From a virus: DNA of 64,000 nucleotides. Under the pieces are notes generated by a model. That model made no database searches. It saw nothing but the letters and a program-made list of their open reading frames with translations, and was not told where the DNA came from. Below, in pieces: positions 1 through 10,257 of the stretch. Location: the IMG/VR virus record IMGVR_UViG_3300009365_003824, positions 41,942 to 105,941 of that record; one strand, written 5' to 3'. The position numbers and the translations under genes are program-made. How positions within the stretch are numbered: the stretch's first letter is position 1; every line of letters starts with the position of its first letter.

Positions 1-276
1 GCTGGGTGGCCTGCATTTCACGATGTTGCAGATGTAAACACTCTCTCTTTCCAACCCACAAGCCGACAATATACTGTTCAATAATTCCCCTGCACGACCT
101 ACAAATGGCACCCCTTGTTCGTCTTCATTTTTACCTGGACCTTCACCAATCAAGACGATTTTGGAATTGGGATCGCCATCTCCAAATACTGTTTGTGTTC
201 TATCTACAAGTTTGGGACACTTCTGGCATTCTGCCACTTTTCCAGCCAGGGTTTGCAACATGTCTTGTTTGTTCAT
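1..276 (-). CDS. Uracil-DNA glycosylase family 4 (partial, runs off window start)
   Basis: Manual translation (not in ORF track): MNKQDMLQTLAGKVAECQKCPKL...IVLIGEGPGKNEDEQGVPFVGRAGELL...NIVKCRPP; GEGPG and KCRPP motifs plus Fe-S cysteines. Confidence 0.92.
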   Translation of the reverse strand, partial: MNKQDMLQTLAGKVAECQKCPKLVDRTQTVFGDGDPNSKIVLIGEGPGKNEDEQGVPFVGRAGELLNSILSACGLERESVYICNIVKCRPPS

Positions 277-545
277 ATTTCATATTCCGGTCTGTATTCG
301 CTTCTATCCTCTTGGTAGATATAACCCCACATTAAATCCAGATACCAATTTCGCTCTGGATCAATTAACGCACACGCCGGGTGTTTGCCTGGATAATGAA
401 AGTTTTTAAGACCAAACTCCTCAAGGAGCCAAGTGCCAAACTGTTTTTTTGCCTTACCCACAGGTGTTTGTTTCCACTCGATTATGGAGCCGTCTTTCTG
501 TCTTTCTGTTCTAATCTCGTCAAACATGTTAATATCATAAACCAA
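273..545 (-). CDS. Hypothetical protein
   Basis: ORF whose stop overlaps the UDG start (ATGA coupling). Confidence 0.6.
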   Translation of the reverse strand: MVYDINMFDEIRTERQKDGSIIEWKQTPVGKAKKQFGTWLLEEFGLKNFHYPGKHPACALIDPERNWYLDLMWGYIYQEDRSEYRPEYEI

Positions 546-593
546 TTAATTATGAATTACAAGACTAAATAATAGTAAATTCAAGGATGTGAA

Positions 594-1517
594 ATGGCAC
601 AAAAAAGCAACCCTAATCCAAAGAAACCAGTCGTTGAAAAAGAAATCAGCGAGAAGGAAATCATCTTAGATGCCGTCCTACACAGTGCTTCCGAAGGTAT
701 TGTAATTGCCGATCAAGATGGCAAATTTATTTTATGGAATGATGCTGCTAGAGAAATCGTTGGAATGGGTTCCCAAGATGTAGATCCAGATAAATACCCA
801 GCAATATATGGCACTTACAAAGATGAAGAATGCACCAATCTATTCAAAGCGGAAGAGTTGCCATTATTTCGGGCTATTCGAGGCGATGTATTCACCAATG
901 TTGAAATGTTTCTAAAAAACGACCATGTTGACTTTCGTTGCATTCTGTTGAGTGGTCGCCCATATTTTGGCAAAAATGGAAAAAGAGGCGGCGTTTTAAT
1001 GTTCAGAGACGTTACAGATGTATGTAAGGCTAAACAAATTGAACAATATTACAAGAAGTTTTACCATTCTGTTCCTATATCGTTTTTTACTACTTCAATA
1101 AAAGACGGAACATTTATCCGAGCCAATCCTTACTGTGTTCGTATGTTGGGATTTGAAACATTTGAAGAGATGGCCAGGAGGATAAAGTCCACAGATTTAT
1201 ATGTCGATCTTGATGATCGCAAAGTGCTGATTGAAGAGCTTCTAAATAACCATAAAGTGACGGCTCATCCAGTGCATATTAAGTTGTTAAATGGAGAAGA
1301 AAGGTGGGTCGAAGTAACAGCCAGCCTTTGCAGGTGTGGTAAATTCCCTATGTGTGATAAAGGATGCGGTGCGTGTTTTGAGGGTTTGTTGTTTGATATT
1401 ACCAAAAAGAAAAAAATGGAAGATGAGTTGTCGCAATTAAGAGAAGCTCGTGTGCGAGCTATGAAAGATATTAATTTAGCCATTGAAGAAAAATTAAAAA
1501 CTTACCAAGGCAAATAA
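594..1517 (+). CDS. Tandem PAS/PAC domain protein without output domain
   Basis: EGIVIADQDGKFILWNDAAREIVG ... FRDVT, second PAS DGTFIRANPY ... FDIT, then a short coiled coil. Confidence 0.85.
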   Translation: MAQKSNPNPKKPVVEKEISEKEIILDAVLHSASEGIVIADQDGKFILWNDAAREIVGMGSQDVDPDKYPAIYGTYKDEECTNLFKAEELPLFRAIRGDVFTNVEMFLKNDHVDFRCILLSGRPYFGKNGKRGGVLMFRDVTDVCKAKQIEQYYKKFYHSVPISFFTTSIKDGTFIRANPYCVRMLGFETFEEMARRIKSTDLYVDLDDRKVLIEELLNNHKVTAHPVHIKLLNGEERWVEVTASLCRCGKFPMCDKGCGACFEGLLFDITKKKKMEDELSQLREARVRAMKDINLAIEEKLKTYQGK

Positions 1518-2357
1518 ATGCTACACATTTTCCCAAATAATGCCAGGTTAAAGAATGGCAAAATAGCAGTGGTGTTTCATGGAATAGTGGGGGGATTAAC
1601 AGACAGAAATGGTTTGGGAGAACTTATAGATGTCGAAATTTGTGCCAAAACATTCAAACATAATGTGCTATCGCATTACGATTGTGATATTTTTGCTCAT
1701 TCTTGGACGATAGAAGCCAAAGATAAAATAAATGAAATTTACCGACCCACAGCTTCCCTTTTTCAGCCTCAAGAGTTCTTTGGTTTGAACAAAAACAACA
1801 ACGACAAAGGGGTGGGAACTCTTCGATTTAGAACCATTAGCAGGTATGAAAGTTTACGTCGGGCCATGAAGTTAAAACAGGACCACGAGAAAAAACACAA
1901 CTTTAAATATCAACTGGTTTTAATGGTAAGATACGATCTTGTGTTTTTTAAAAGGGTTTATTTAGAAAGATTTCTTCCTAGTAGGTTTTACATCTGTGGA
2001 GAACCGTATTGGTATGATAATCCTGGTTATACACCTCGGAAAATTAACCCAAATAGACGAAACATCTGTCTCCACGATATTATTTTTGTATCTGGGTCAA
2101 AAAATGCAGATCGATTTGTCACAATGGTAGATGATATAGATTCAAAATATACACCAAACCCCCACAGAATGCTATTTTATAAATTGCACGATATGTTTCC
2201 CAATTACCCAGATGCAGTTCATATAGGCTTTGATAGGTATATAGACATGGAAATTTATCGCATGGTTATGAATCCATCACAGAGCAAGCATGGATTTAAA
2301 TTTGGCGGGAATGAAACCAAACAGAGATTGGAAGAACTGCTAAAGGAAATTAAATAA
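1518..2357 (+). CDS. Putative glycosyltransferase-like protein
   Basis: DIFAHSW, FKYQLVLMVRYDL and D-I-I-F motifs typical of viral/capsule GT-like proteins; glycan operon context. Confidence 0.55.
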   Translation: MLHIFPNNARLKNGKIAVVFHGIVGGLTDRNGLGELIDVEICAKTFKHNVLSHYDCDIFAHSWTIEAKDKINEIYRPTASLFQPQEFFGLNKNNNDKGVGTLRFRTISRYESLRRAMKLKQDHEKKHNFKYQLVLMVRYDLVFFKRVYLERFLPSRFYICGEPYWYDNPGYTPRKINPNRRNICLHDIIFVSGSKNADRFVTMVDDIDSKYTPNPHRMLFYKLHDMFPNYPDAVHIGFDRYIDMEIYRMVMNPSQSKHGFKFGGNETKQRLEELLKEIK

Positions 2358-3115
2358 TGAGGATAGAAATTGATTTTTTGGCATCCTTAGCACGATTTAC
2401 CGAAGCTAAGACCATAGTTGAAGTGGGCGTCATGCATGGAGATGTGGCCGTTCATCTTTGCAAGGCCGCAAACCAAAATAATGGAAAATATTGCGGATTT
2501 GATGTCTGGCACAGGCATGGGTTAAAGTCACAATTCAAACAACTGGGTAGCAAAGAAGCTGTTAATAAAAGGTTGCTTCAAACAGGGTGTAAAGGCTTCA
2601 CTTTAACAAAAATAGATACATTGAAAAATAGGAATGTATTTATCGATCACTTGAAACAACAGTGTCCAAATGGAATTGATTTTGCATTCATAGATGCTTG
2701 TCATTCGTATTATGGTATAGCAAATGATTTTTTCGCAGTATATCCATTGTTGACACCCGCAGGTGTAGTTGCCTTTCACGATACTGCCAAAATAGATGGT
2801 TGTAGGGAGTTTGTCTTAGATTTAAGAACTAAATACAACGACGGAACCTTTGATGTTTCAGACTACCCATTTGGTTTGGGTAATCGTAGGTGTGGAGTCT
2901 CTATCCTGACTAAAAGATCGTATCCTGTATTAGATTTGGGCATTGATGAAGTCTGTGGTAGTGTCTCGTCCGCTGAAGAAATAGAGGCCAGAGAAATATC
3001 TTGGCATCAGCAAGAAATTAAAGATAAGCCCATTATGCCGACTAAATATGATGGTCAAATGTTGCTTGATAAAATAGGCACATATAAACGAAGAAAATTA
3101 GGGGCGACAAAATGA
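2357..3115 (+). CDS. Class I SAM-dependent methyltransferase (Methyltransf_24-like)
   Basis: IVEVGV..G, IDFAFIDACHSY, GVVAFHD motifs. Confidence 0.85.
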   Translation: MRIEIDFLASLARFTEAKTIVEVGVMHGDVAVHLCKAANQNNGKYCGFDVWHRHGLKSQFKQLGSKEAVNKRLLQTGCKGFTLTKIDTLKNRNVFIDHLKQQCPNGIDFAFIDACHSYYGIANDFFAVYPLLTPAGVVAFHDTAKIDGCREFVLDLRTKYNDGTFDVSDYPFGLGNRRCGVSILTKRSYPVLDLGIDEVCGSVSSAEEIEAREISWHQQEIKDKPIMPTKYDGQMLLDKIGTYKRRKLGATK

Positions 3116-3456
3116 TAAGTCACACTGATAAACCTTGGGGATACGAAGAGCTTTTAGAGCACAATGATCACTATGTCCTCAAAAGAATTTTTATGAAAGA
3201 GGGCCACTGTTGCAGTTTGCAGTATCACAAGGAAAAACATGAAACGATATATATTGTATCAGGAGAAATGAAGTTTGTTCATGGAGATGCTGAGGATGCA
3301 TTGCAAACTGATGTTTTAGTCGAAGGTCAATTTCGTGCGGTGCCACCCAACAAAATACACAGGATGTGCGGAAAAACGGATTGTCTTTATTTGGAGGCAT
3401 CCACCCCGCAATTAGAAGATTTAGTTAGGGTAGAGGATTTTTACAATAGAAAATGA
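3112..3456 (+). CDS. Cupin (mannose-6-phosphate isomerase C-terminal-like)
   Basis: KPWGYE, SLQYHKEKHET, IHR, LEASTP..D.VR motifs. Confidence 0.85.
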   Translation: MISHTDKPWGYEELLEHNDHYVLKRIFMKEGHCCSLQYHKEKHETIYIVSGEMKFVHGDAEDALQTDVLVEGQFRAVPPNKIHRMCGKTDCLYLEASTPQLEDLVRVEDFYNRK

Positions 3457-5000
3457 AGGTATTAATTACTACAAGCGGCCTGGGCACTAGACTAGGCGAC
3501 CTCACCAAATATACCAACAAGGCTTTAATTAAACTGGGCGATAAAGCTGTAATATCTCACATAATTGACACATATCCTTATGCTGATTTTGTGATAACTT
3601 TGGGGTATTTGGGCGATTATGTAAAACAATATTTAGAAATAGCACATCCAGACAGGAATTTTGAGTTTGTTTATGTCGATCCATATAGCGGCCCCGGAAG
3701 CGGTCTTATCAAGTCTCTGTCTTTTGCTAGAAATCTGCTTCAAACACCATTCATATTCCACGCTTGCGACACCATAGTTAATTACAAGCCCAACCTCACT
3801 TCAAATTGGATGGCTTGCGTTGAATCAGAACAATCAGATGCTTTTAGAACCGTTCGCACAACAAATAACAAGATTACCAGAATAAATGAAAAGGGTGAAA
3901 TTGATTACGACTTTGCTTACATAGGTGTTGCTGGAATAATAGATTACCGCCTATTCTGGGAGATTGTGGATTCTCTGTTGACTGGCTACATTGAGGATTC
4001 TAGTGATTGTCATATTTTGATGGAAATGTTAAATACCGTTTCCATTAATTTAGTAAAAATTGATGATTGGGATGATACGGGTGGTGTCGAAAGATTAAAT
4101 AAAGCCAAACAAAAACACCCCAATAAATACAATGTGTTGGACAAACCCGAAGAGGCCATATATTTCGTAAACAATACAGTAATTAAGTTTTTCCGAAATT
4201 CCACTATTTGCAAAAACAGGGTAACGAGAGCATCTGCATTAAGAACACTGGTTCCAGAAATAACATCCTCTACAGAAAACTTTTACAAATACCCCTTAGC
4301 TAATGGTGTTTTGTTAGCCAGCGACATCACACAAGAAAGGATTTCTAACTTAGTGGAGTGGGCCAAACAAAACCTTTGGCACCCGGTTTCTGTAGATTCT
4401 AAGACTTTCAAAGGCAAGTGTTATGAATTTTACAAAGAAAAAACAAAGGGCAGAATAGCCAAATTTATAAAAAACTCTAACATGCCAGATAGAGAGTGTG
4501 TGATCAATAATCATACAGTGCCTAGCTGTGAATCGCTATTAAGCCAAGTAGATTGGGAGTTACTATGTGAAACAGAACCAACTTGTTTTCATGGTGATTT
4601 CATATTAGACAACATCCTCTTCACACTGGATTCATTTGTTTTATTAGATTGGAGGCAGGATTTTGCAGGAGACGTTGTAGCGGGAGATAAATATTATGAT
4701 TTGTCTAAATTAAACCATAATTTAACGCTTAATCACGATATTTTGACACAGGGGTTGTTTACAATTGATATAACTGATAAAGCAATCAAATGCGATGTGC
4801 TTAGAAGCCACAACATGGTGCAATGCCAACAGTTTTATCTTGATGCACTGGCAGCAAATGGTTTTAACCTCAACAAGATTGAGGTTCTTACGCCTCTAAT
4901 TTGGTTGAACATGTCACCACTACACACCTATCCATTGAATAATTTCCTGTTTTATTTCGGCAGATATAATTTGTGGAGAGCATTATGCGGGAACAAATAG
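3453..5000 (+). CDS. Nucleotidyltransferase fused to APH/choline-kinase-like phosphotransferase
   Basis: N-terminal SGLGTRL...NKAL; C-terminal HGDFILDNI and LLDW...GD.YYDLSKL. Confidence 0.85.
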   Translation: MKVLITTSGLGTRLGDLTKYTNKALIKLGDKAVISHIIDTYPYADFVITLGYLGDYVKQYLEIAHPDRNFEFVYVDPYSGPGSGLIKSLSFARNLLQTPFIFHACDTIVNYKPNLTSNWMACVESEQSDAFRTVRTTNNKITRINEKGEIDYDFAYIGVAGIIDYRLFWEIVDSLLTGYIEDSSDCHILMEMLNTVSINLVKIDDWDDTGGVERLNKAKQKHPNKYNVLDKPEEAIYFVNNTVIKFFRNSTICKNRVTRASALRTLVPEITSSTENFYKYPLANGVLLASDITQERISNLVEWAKQNLWHPVSVDSKTFKGKCYEFYKEKTKGRIAKFIKNSNMPDRECVINNHTVPSCESLLSQVDWELLCETEPTCFHGDFILDNILFTLDSFVLLDWRQDFAGDVVAGDKYYDLSKLNHNLTLNHDILTQGLFTIDITDKAIKCDVLRSHNMVQCQQFYLDALAANGFNLNKIEVLTPLIWLNMSPLHTYPLNNFLFYFGRYNLWRALCGNK

Positions 5001-5973
5001 AAAAAACCAAATTGTTTTTAGGCCCAATGACAAAAAACATTGTTGATGGAGTTGTGGTTTGTAAAAACGTGGGCCTCATACCTTCAAGAAGACAGGTAGA
5101 TCATACAGGTGGTTATGTAAACAACTGGACTACAGAAACTTTTAGTTCTTATGTTAGAATTACGAATAAATCTACATTGATATGCAGGGATCACGGTGGA
5201 ATAGGACAAGGTTCCGCAGGGATCACGGTGGAATAGGACAAGGTTCCGTTCCAGATTCGGGTGTAGATTCATTGTTATGTGATGCCAAAATGTTGGATAT
5301 AATCCATATTGACCCGTGGAAATCACTAGGTTTTGAAGATAGCATTCAATATACCGTGGATTTGATGGAAAGATGCAGCAACATAAATAATAGATGTCTG
5401 TTTGAAATAGGCACAGAGGAGGCCATCTTCCCAATGACAACTGAGATGCTTGAAGAACTTATCCGAAAAGTAAAAGAGTTGTCTTCTCATTATCCAAAAA
5501 TAATTTATGCTGTTATTCAGTCGGGAACATCGCTGAAAAGTGGAATCAATACTGGCAATTACGACAGGAATAGATTGATTAAAATGATCAAAATATGTTC
5601 TGATAATGGCCTGTTGTCCAAGGAGCATAATGGAGATTATTTAGAACCTAAGCAGATGAAAGAAAAATTTGAATTAGGATTGTCAGCCATTAACATAGCG
5701 CCTGAAGTTGCACACATAGAAACCGAGCTTATTCTCGATAGACTTTCTCCTAAAAAGAAACAGATGTGGTTCGCCCTGTGTTTAGAACAAGGCAGTTGGA
5801 AAAAATGGTTTCCTGAAAATTACGATCCTGATGCCAATAAATATGAAGTGATAAGACTTTGCGGGCACTATGTTTTGAGTCGCCCCGAATTTAAAAAAAT
5901 TTACGATATATCACAAGTTTCTGAAGATGTGATAAAAGATGTGAAAAACTTCATTAAAAAGAGGGTTCCATGA
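4985..5973 (+). pseudogene. GatZ/KbaZ-like TIM-barrel sugar enzyme split by a 32-bp tandem duplication
   Basis: LGPMTKN, LIPSRRQV..GGYVNNW, RDHGG, IHIDPWK, EIGTEE, KEHNGDY, INIAPE motifs spread over ORFs 4973-5236 and 5182-5973; removing one repeat copy restores a single frame. Confidence 0.7.
5184..5247 (+). repeat. Perfect 32-bp direct tandem duplication
   Basis: gcagggatcacggtggaataggacaaggttcc at 5184-5215 and 5216-5247. Confidence 0.95.
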
Positions 5974-6329
5974 TAGAAAGACCCAAGACTTTATTCGTTG
6001 ACATTGACGGAACCTTGTTATTCCACCACGGTTGCGGCAATCTTCAAGCTAATACGCAACCAGTGCTCTTAGCAGGAGTGCATAAAAAATTTGATGAGTG
6101 GGATAGAAAAGGCTATAGGATATTTTTAGTAACTGGACGTAGAGAAAGCGAACGCAAAAAGACAGAAGAACAACTGCAATCTGTAGGTATTGTGTATGAT
6201 GGTCTAATTATGGGCATTGGTGGTGGAGTTAGAGTGTTAATTAATGATTTAAAAGAAGAATCAAAAGACCCTACTGCGTTGGCAATTTGCATTGAACGCA
6301 ACGAAGGCATAGAGAATATAAATGTTTAA
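5970..6329 (+). CDS. HAD-family phosphatase
   Basis: FVDIDGTL, LVTGRR, RVLIND motifs. Confidence 0.85.
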   Translation: MIERPKTLFVDIDGTLLFHHGCGNLQANTQPVLLAGVHKKFDEWDRKGYRIFLVTGRRESERKKTEEQLQSVGIVYDGLIMGIGGGVRVLINDLKEESKDPTALAICIERNEGIENINV

Positions 6330-6910
6330 TTATGGACAAATAGAACCCTGTTAATTTTTCCCACTCTAACATTTTCTTCTAAGACTTTATTAGCAAGCAA
6401 CCAATCAGCGGCCACATCACCTGGGTCCAAACCACCAGCCCTTAAAACCAACTCTCTGCGTATAGCAAAAGCCCCCATGTCTATTCGTCCTATGGCCAAT
6501 TCAGTGGTTAATTTTTTATATAGAAAATAACTATGCACCATGTCCCAATAGATAAAATCTAATTCGTGTTTAATCTTGTTGACTTCTGCTACGAAAGTAG
6601 GGCAATAATAATTGTCATGGCCTGAAAACACAATGAAGTCACCAGAGGCTTTTTCTAGTCCAAAATTTCTAGCATGATGTCCCCATTGTCCTTTGTAGGG
6701 TATGTGAAAATATTTAATTTTCTCCCGGTTGTCAGCCACATACCCATAAATTATATCATCTGCTCTTTTGTCTGGCCCATCACATACCAAAATCAACTCC
6801 CAGTTTGGATCATTTTGGCATAACATGCAATTCACAATTATGTGAATACAGTTAATCCTTTTGTACACGGGGACGATTAAAGAAATCGGCATTGCCTCTA
6901 CCTGTTCCAT
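6326..6910 (-). CDS. Glycosyltransferase family 2
   Basis: ISLIVPVY, WELILVCDG, ARNFGLEKASGDFI, ADW. Confidence 0.85.
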   Translation of the reverse strand: MEQVEAMPISLIVPVYKRINCIHIIVNCMLCQNDPNWELILVCDGPDKRADDIIYGYVADNREKIKYFHIPYKGQWGHHARNFGLEKASGDFIVFSGHDNYYCPTFVAEVNKIKHELDFIYWDMVHSYFLYKKLTTELAIGRIDMGAFAIRRELVLRAGGLDPGDVAADWLLANKVLEENVRVGKINRVLFVHN

Positions 6911-7898
6911 TCTTTCTTAATTGTTTACTTTTGTCGCTGATTTTACTAACTGATCTAGATACTAACTTAGCGTCACTGCCAAAATACCTTTTGTAAAACG
7001 CATGAACGTGTGGGAGCTTTTCTTCCATTTTTTGCTCAATCTGAGTCAGATGGTATGCACCCAAACGAAGTCGTTCCATTCTAGCGTGTCGGTTAGGAGA
7101 CTGTGTGAACACCCCGTAATGATATACACATTCTTCTTTGGTAACTTGACTTAATTTAACAATTTTTTTATCTTGCTCTTCTAGTCTGCGTTTTAAGAAA
7201 GACCCTATTTCATAAGTAACAATATCAATCTGCCTAGCTTCTTCTCCTGCTACATGTTGGTCGCCACCGTTATATTCTAAATCTGCAAAACCCTCAACAA
7301 ATGGACCTTCCATCCAGTAACCAGACCATCTATGTGATTCTTCTTTTTTTACTATCGTAAATTCGGTGCCCAATTTAGGAAATGTCAAATAGGTTTTATC
7401 TTTTATCTTAGACACCCTTAGCCTGTTTGTGTCTTCAAATCTAGGATCTTCATAAAAGACCGCACCAACTGATGGCATATTAATTTCTTCTTTTACAGCA
7501 CACCAGCTTGGATCTAGAATTAATACATCATCATGCATAACCAAATAGTCTTTTGTAAAAACCCAAGGATATGCTGAATCTAAGGCTTGACCTTGACCAA
7601 TACGAGACCATGTTCTTTGAACGGTAATGGGAATATATTCTCTAATTTTTTCTAAGAAAATCTGCTTCCTATCTTGGTTTACAAGATTTCCAGTCCTTTT
7701 ATCAGGACCATTGATAGACACGATGATGTGTTTTAGATAATCTGTTGAATTTAAGAATAGACTCACAATGCTAAGAGCCAGCATTTGAGGCGGGCAATTA
7801 TAAGTAGGAACAATGGCTGTAATGCCATCATTGGCATCTTCACTTATTGCCTTTTGCTCATCAAAAAAGTGCAGTTTTTTACCATTTTGCTTTAGCAT
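6852..7898 (-). CDS. Glycosyltransferase family 2-like
   Basis: AIVPTYN and YLVMHDDV motifs. Confidence 0.7.
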   Translation of the reverse strand: MLKQNGKKLHFFDEQKAISEDANDGITAIVPTYNCPPQMLALSIVSLFLNSTDYLKHIIVSINGPDKRTGNLVNQDRKQIFLEKIREYIPITVQRTWSRIGQGQALDSAYPWVFTKDYLVMHDDVLILDPSWCAVKEEINMPSVGAVFYEDPRFEDTNRLRVSKIKDKTYLTFPKLGTEFTIVKKEESHRWSGYWMEGPFVEGFADLEYNGGDQHVAGEEARQIDIVTYEIGSFLKRRLEEQDKKIVKLSQVTKEECVYHYGVFTQSPNRHARMERLRLGAYHLTQIEQKMEEKLPHVHAFYKRYFGSDAKLVSRSVSKISDKSKQLRKNGTGRGNADFFNRPRVQKD

Positions 7899-7911
7899 AT
7901 CTTAAATAAGA

Positions 7912-7940
7912 AAGTCGCCCCTAAAAATTAGGGGCGACTT
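7912..7940. terminator. Stem-loop, probable terminator
   Basis: aagtcgcccctaa-aaa-ttaggggcgactt perfect inverted repeat. Confidence 0.65.
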
Positions 7941-7949
7941 CACCGTTCC

Positions 7950-8681
7950 TCAACTCTGACGCTTCCAGTTAAAGACCTCGCAACATGTTTCCATATACAC
8001 TTCTAGGCTTTCACCAGCATCTCGCCACCAACCATCAAGGAGATTAGCTTTTAACAAGCCATCTTTTAAATAAAGATTATTCAAATCAGTTATTTCCAGT
8101 TCCCCCCTGGCCGAAGGGCTTAAAGAATTGATATACTCCCAAACCCTACTGTCATACATGTAAATCCCGGTGGCAATGAGATTAGACTTGGGGTTTTTGG
8201 GCTTCTCTATAATTGATAGAACATTTCCATCGTCATCTGTTTCTACTACACCATACCATTCTGGATGTTCTACTTTAGTTAGAAAAATTCTAGCACCATT
8301 GGGATTGGTTGTAAATTCTTCTACAGCTTTTGGGAATGGATTTTCAACTAAATTATCTGCCAAAACAACACACATGGGATCATCTCCCACGAAACTTTCA
8401 GCATAAGATAGTGCGTCCGCAATCCCTCTGGGTTCATCTTGATAGGTGTAGTGGAGGCGTTTTAATCCAAACTCCTCCCCGTTTCCTAATATTCTAAGAA
8501 ATTCTCCTGCTGCGTTGCCTCCGCAAACCAAGAGAATGTCGGTCACTCCACTTTCGACAAGTGACCTGATTGGATAATAAATCATTGGTTGATCACAAAC
8601 AGGCAAAAGACATTTGTTTGTGACTTTTGTAAGCGGTTTAAGGCGTGTACCTAGACCACCAGCCAGAATAATACCTTTCAT
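7950..8681 (-). CDS. rfbA: Glucose-1-phosphate thymidylyltransferase-like sugar nucleotidyltransferase
   Basis: MKGIILAGGLGTRLKPLT, YQDEPRGIADA, EKP, SARGELEITD. Confidence 0.9.
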   Translation of the reverse strand: MKGIILAGGLGTRLKPLTKVTNKCLLPVCDQPMIYYPIRSLVESGVTDILLVCGGNAAGEFLRILGNGEEFGLKRLHYTYQDEPRGIADALSYAESFVGDDPMCVVLADNLVENPFPKAVEEFTTNPNGARIFLTKVEHPEWYGVVETDDDGNVLSIIEKPKNPKSNLIATGIYMYDSRVWEYINSLSPSARGELEITDLNNLYLKDGLLKANLLDGWWRDAGESLEVYMETCCEVFNWKRQS

Positions 8682-8736
8682 TATTTTATCTCCGATTGCC
8701 TTTCAAAGCTCGAAGATAATATAGTTAGTAGTACAT

Positions 8737-8781
8737 AAAAAAAACCCACTCTACCCCGACAGATGCAAGGGGCAGAGTGGG
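8737..8781 (-). terminator. Probable rho-independent terminator
   Basis: cccactct...agagtggg hairpin with A-run on its left (U-tract on minus strand). Confidence 0.55.
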
Positions 8782-8800
8782 CCGACCATGAAAAGGTCTT

Positions 8801-8992
8801 CTATACGGCTACGGCGGCGTCTGTTGATGACCAGCCACGAGATACATCAATGACATATTCGCCCGATTCTAATTCATCTTGGGCCATTTCTTCCGCATCA
8901 GACGAAGAAGGGCAGCTAAACTGCAACTTTCTCCGTTTCGGCCTCTTGGTGTCCAGATTCTTCCTCTCCACGATCACTTGGTAGTTCGGCAT
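8801..8992 (-). CDS. Hypothetical protein
   Basis: Short ORF with aggaag upstream. Confidence 0.45.
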   Translation of the reverse strand: MPNYQVIVERKNLDTKRPKRRKLQFSCPSSSDAEEMAQDELESGEYVIDVSRGWSSTDAAVAV

Positions 8993-9263
8993 CTTCCTTT
9001 TTTTCCTCCTCTATCACGTTATTTTGAGTTAGGAACTCCAAAATAACGCTTTCCACGAACTCTAATTGGGCAACTGCCAATGCCTTGCTGAAGGGCATCT
9101 TCTTGCCTAGTTTCTCGCACCGCTCCCAGATTTGTTCACGATCTTCGCAGGCTAACACAGCAGCATCGGTAGTGTAAGAGTAGTCTCCTACCATGCCTCT
9201 ACGGATAGCGTGCTCAATACGAACAGTAAGCGGGCGCACGTCGGAAGGTTTTATCTTATCCAT
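8916..9263 (-). CDS. Hypothetical protein
   Basis: ORF only. Confidence 0.55.
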   Translation of the reverse strand: MDKIKPSDVRPLTVRIEHAIRRGMVGDYSYTTDAAVLACEDREQIWERCEKLGKKMPFSKALAVAQLEFVESVILEFLTQNNVIEEEKKEDAELPSDRGEEESGHQEAETEKVAV

Positions 9264-9347
9264 TTGCGCAGACTCGCTATAAACACATTATTGGACATTA
9301 CCAACATGTTAGCATAAATAGCGATAAAGTGAAGGAAAGAGCTTGAT

Positions 9348-9788
9348 TTAACCTAGAAAATCCACACCATCAACGGGTTCTTCGTTCAACAGTACGTCCT
9401 CAGAAGATTCATTGCACTTATCATCACAGCAAGGAGTCTCATTGAGAGGCTTGGTTTCTGGTTTTACTACTACTTGCTCAACTTTGCCTTCTGTAGTCAC
9501 AGTATCAGGTTGATCTAAGATTAATTTCTCTTCTTGCATTTTTTGTTGCTCCTCAGTGATCAATGCTCTCACCAATCGAATTTCGTTCGTTTTTACCATT
9601 TCCATAAAGTAGGAATCACCTTGAAATTCTGCCCCTGGTGCTACTGTCTTGGTGCCATCGTCCAATGGCTTAGGTAGCATCAAGGTGGCATCATTGTGGT
9701 TCCTGTAGACATACACGCCAGTTCCTCTTCTGGCTTGTTCAATCTTTTTATGCCTGTATTCTCTGGCTTCATACTTGTTTAGCTTCAT
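9348..9788 (-). CDS. Hypothetical protein
   Basis: aggag RBS; TATATA element upstream. Confidence 0.7.
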   Translation of the reverse strand: MKLNKYEAREYRHKKIEQARRGTGVYVYRNHNDATLMLPKPLDDGTKTVAPGAEFQGDSYFMEMVKTNEIRLVRALITEEQQKMQEEKLILDQPDTVTTEGKVEQVVVKPETKPLNETPCCDDKCNESSEDVLLNEEPVDGVDFLG

Positions 9789-9875
9789 GTTTTCTCCTTT
9801 TTGGTTTAGATTTTTAAACCAATCGTCTTAGTATATAGTAGTAGCTCGGCTAAATTATTAAGAAAGGATGTTAGT

Positions 9876-10196
9876 ATGAATAAGCCCCCTAAATGGTCGC
9901 AAATCTACCCACAGGGAACTGCGAAAGGAGACGAAGAGCAACACTTCTTTGTTGTTCTATCAAGAGGCAAATACGACTTTCTGAGTATTGCCCAAATTGC
10001 TCAAGAATCTAAATTGAGCAAGAAGCGAGTGGAAGAAATCATAGAAAAATACTACACCTTAAATGTGGTGCTACAAAATCCAGAAAACGAAGATCAATGG
10101 GGATATTGGGAAAGATGTGAAAGTCTGCTGCCCGAAGAAAAGCCCAGTATCTCCCGAACCGATAAAGAATCGAGAATCAAAAAGGCACGATTATAA
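9876..10196 (+). CDS. Hypothetical protein, possible winged-HTH
   Basis: SIAQIAQESKLSKKRVEEII resembles an HTH. Confidence 0.55.
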   Translation: MNKPPKWSQIYPQGTAKGDEEQHFFVVLSRGKYDFLSIAQIAQESKLSKKRVEEIIEKYYTLNVVLQNPENEDQWGYWERCESLLPEEKPSISRTDKESRIKKARL

Positions 10197-10201
10197 AGAA
10201 A

Positions 10202-10233
10202 AAAAGCAAGCCCGCGCAAGCGGGCTTGCTTTT
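10202..10233. terminator. Bidirectional intrinsic terminator
   Basis: aaaagcaagcccgc-gcaa-gcgggcttgctttt between convergent genes. Confidence 0.85.
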
Positions 10234-10257
10234 CTCATATTATAAAATCAATATTGC

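Noticed and set aside
6-409. Plus-strand ORFs at the window start
   Set aside because: The minus strand encodes a clear family-4 UDG
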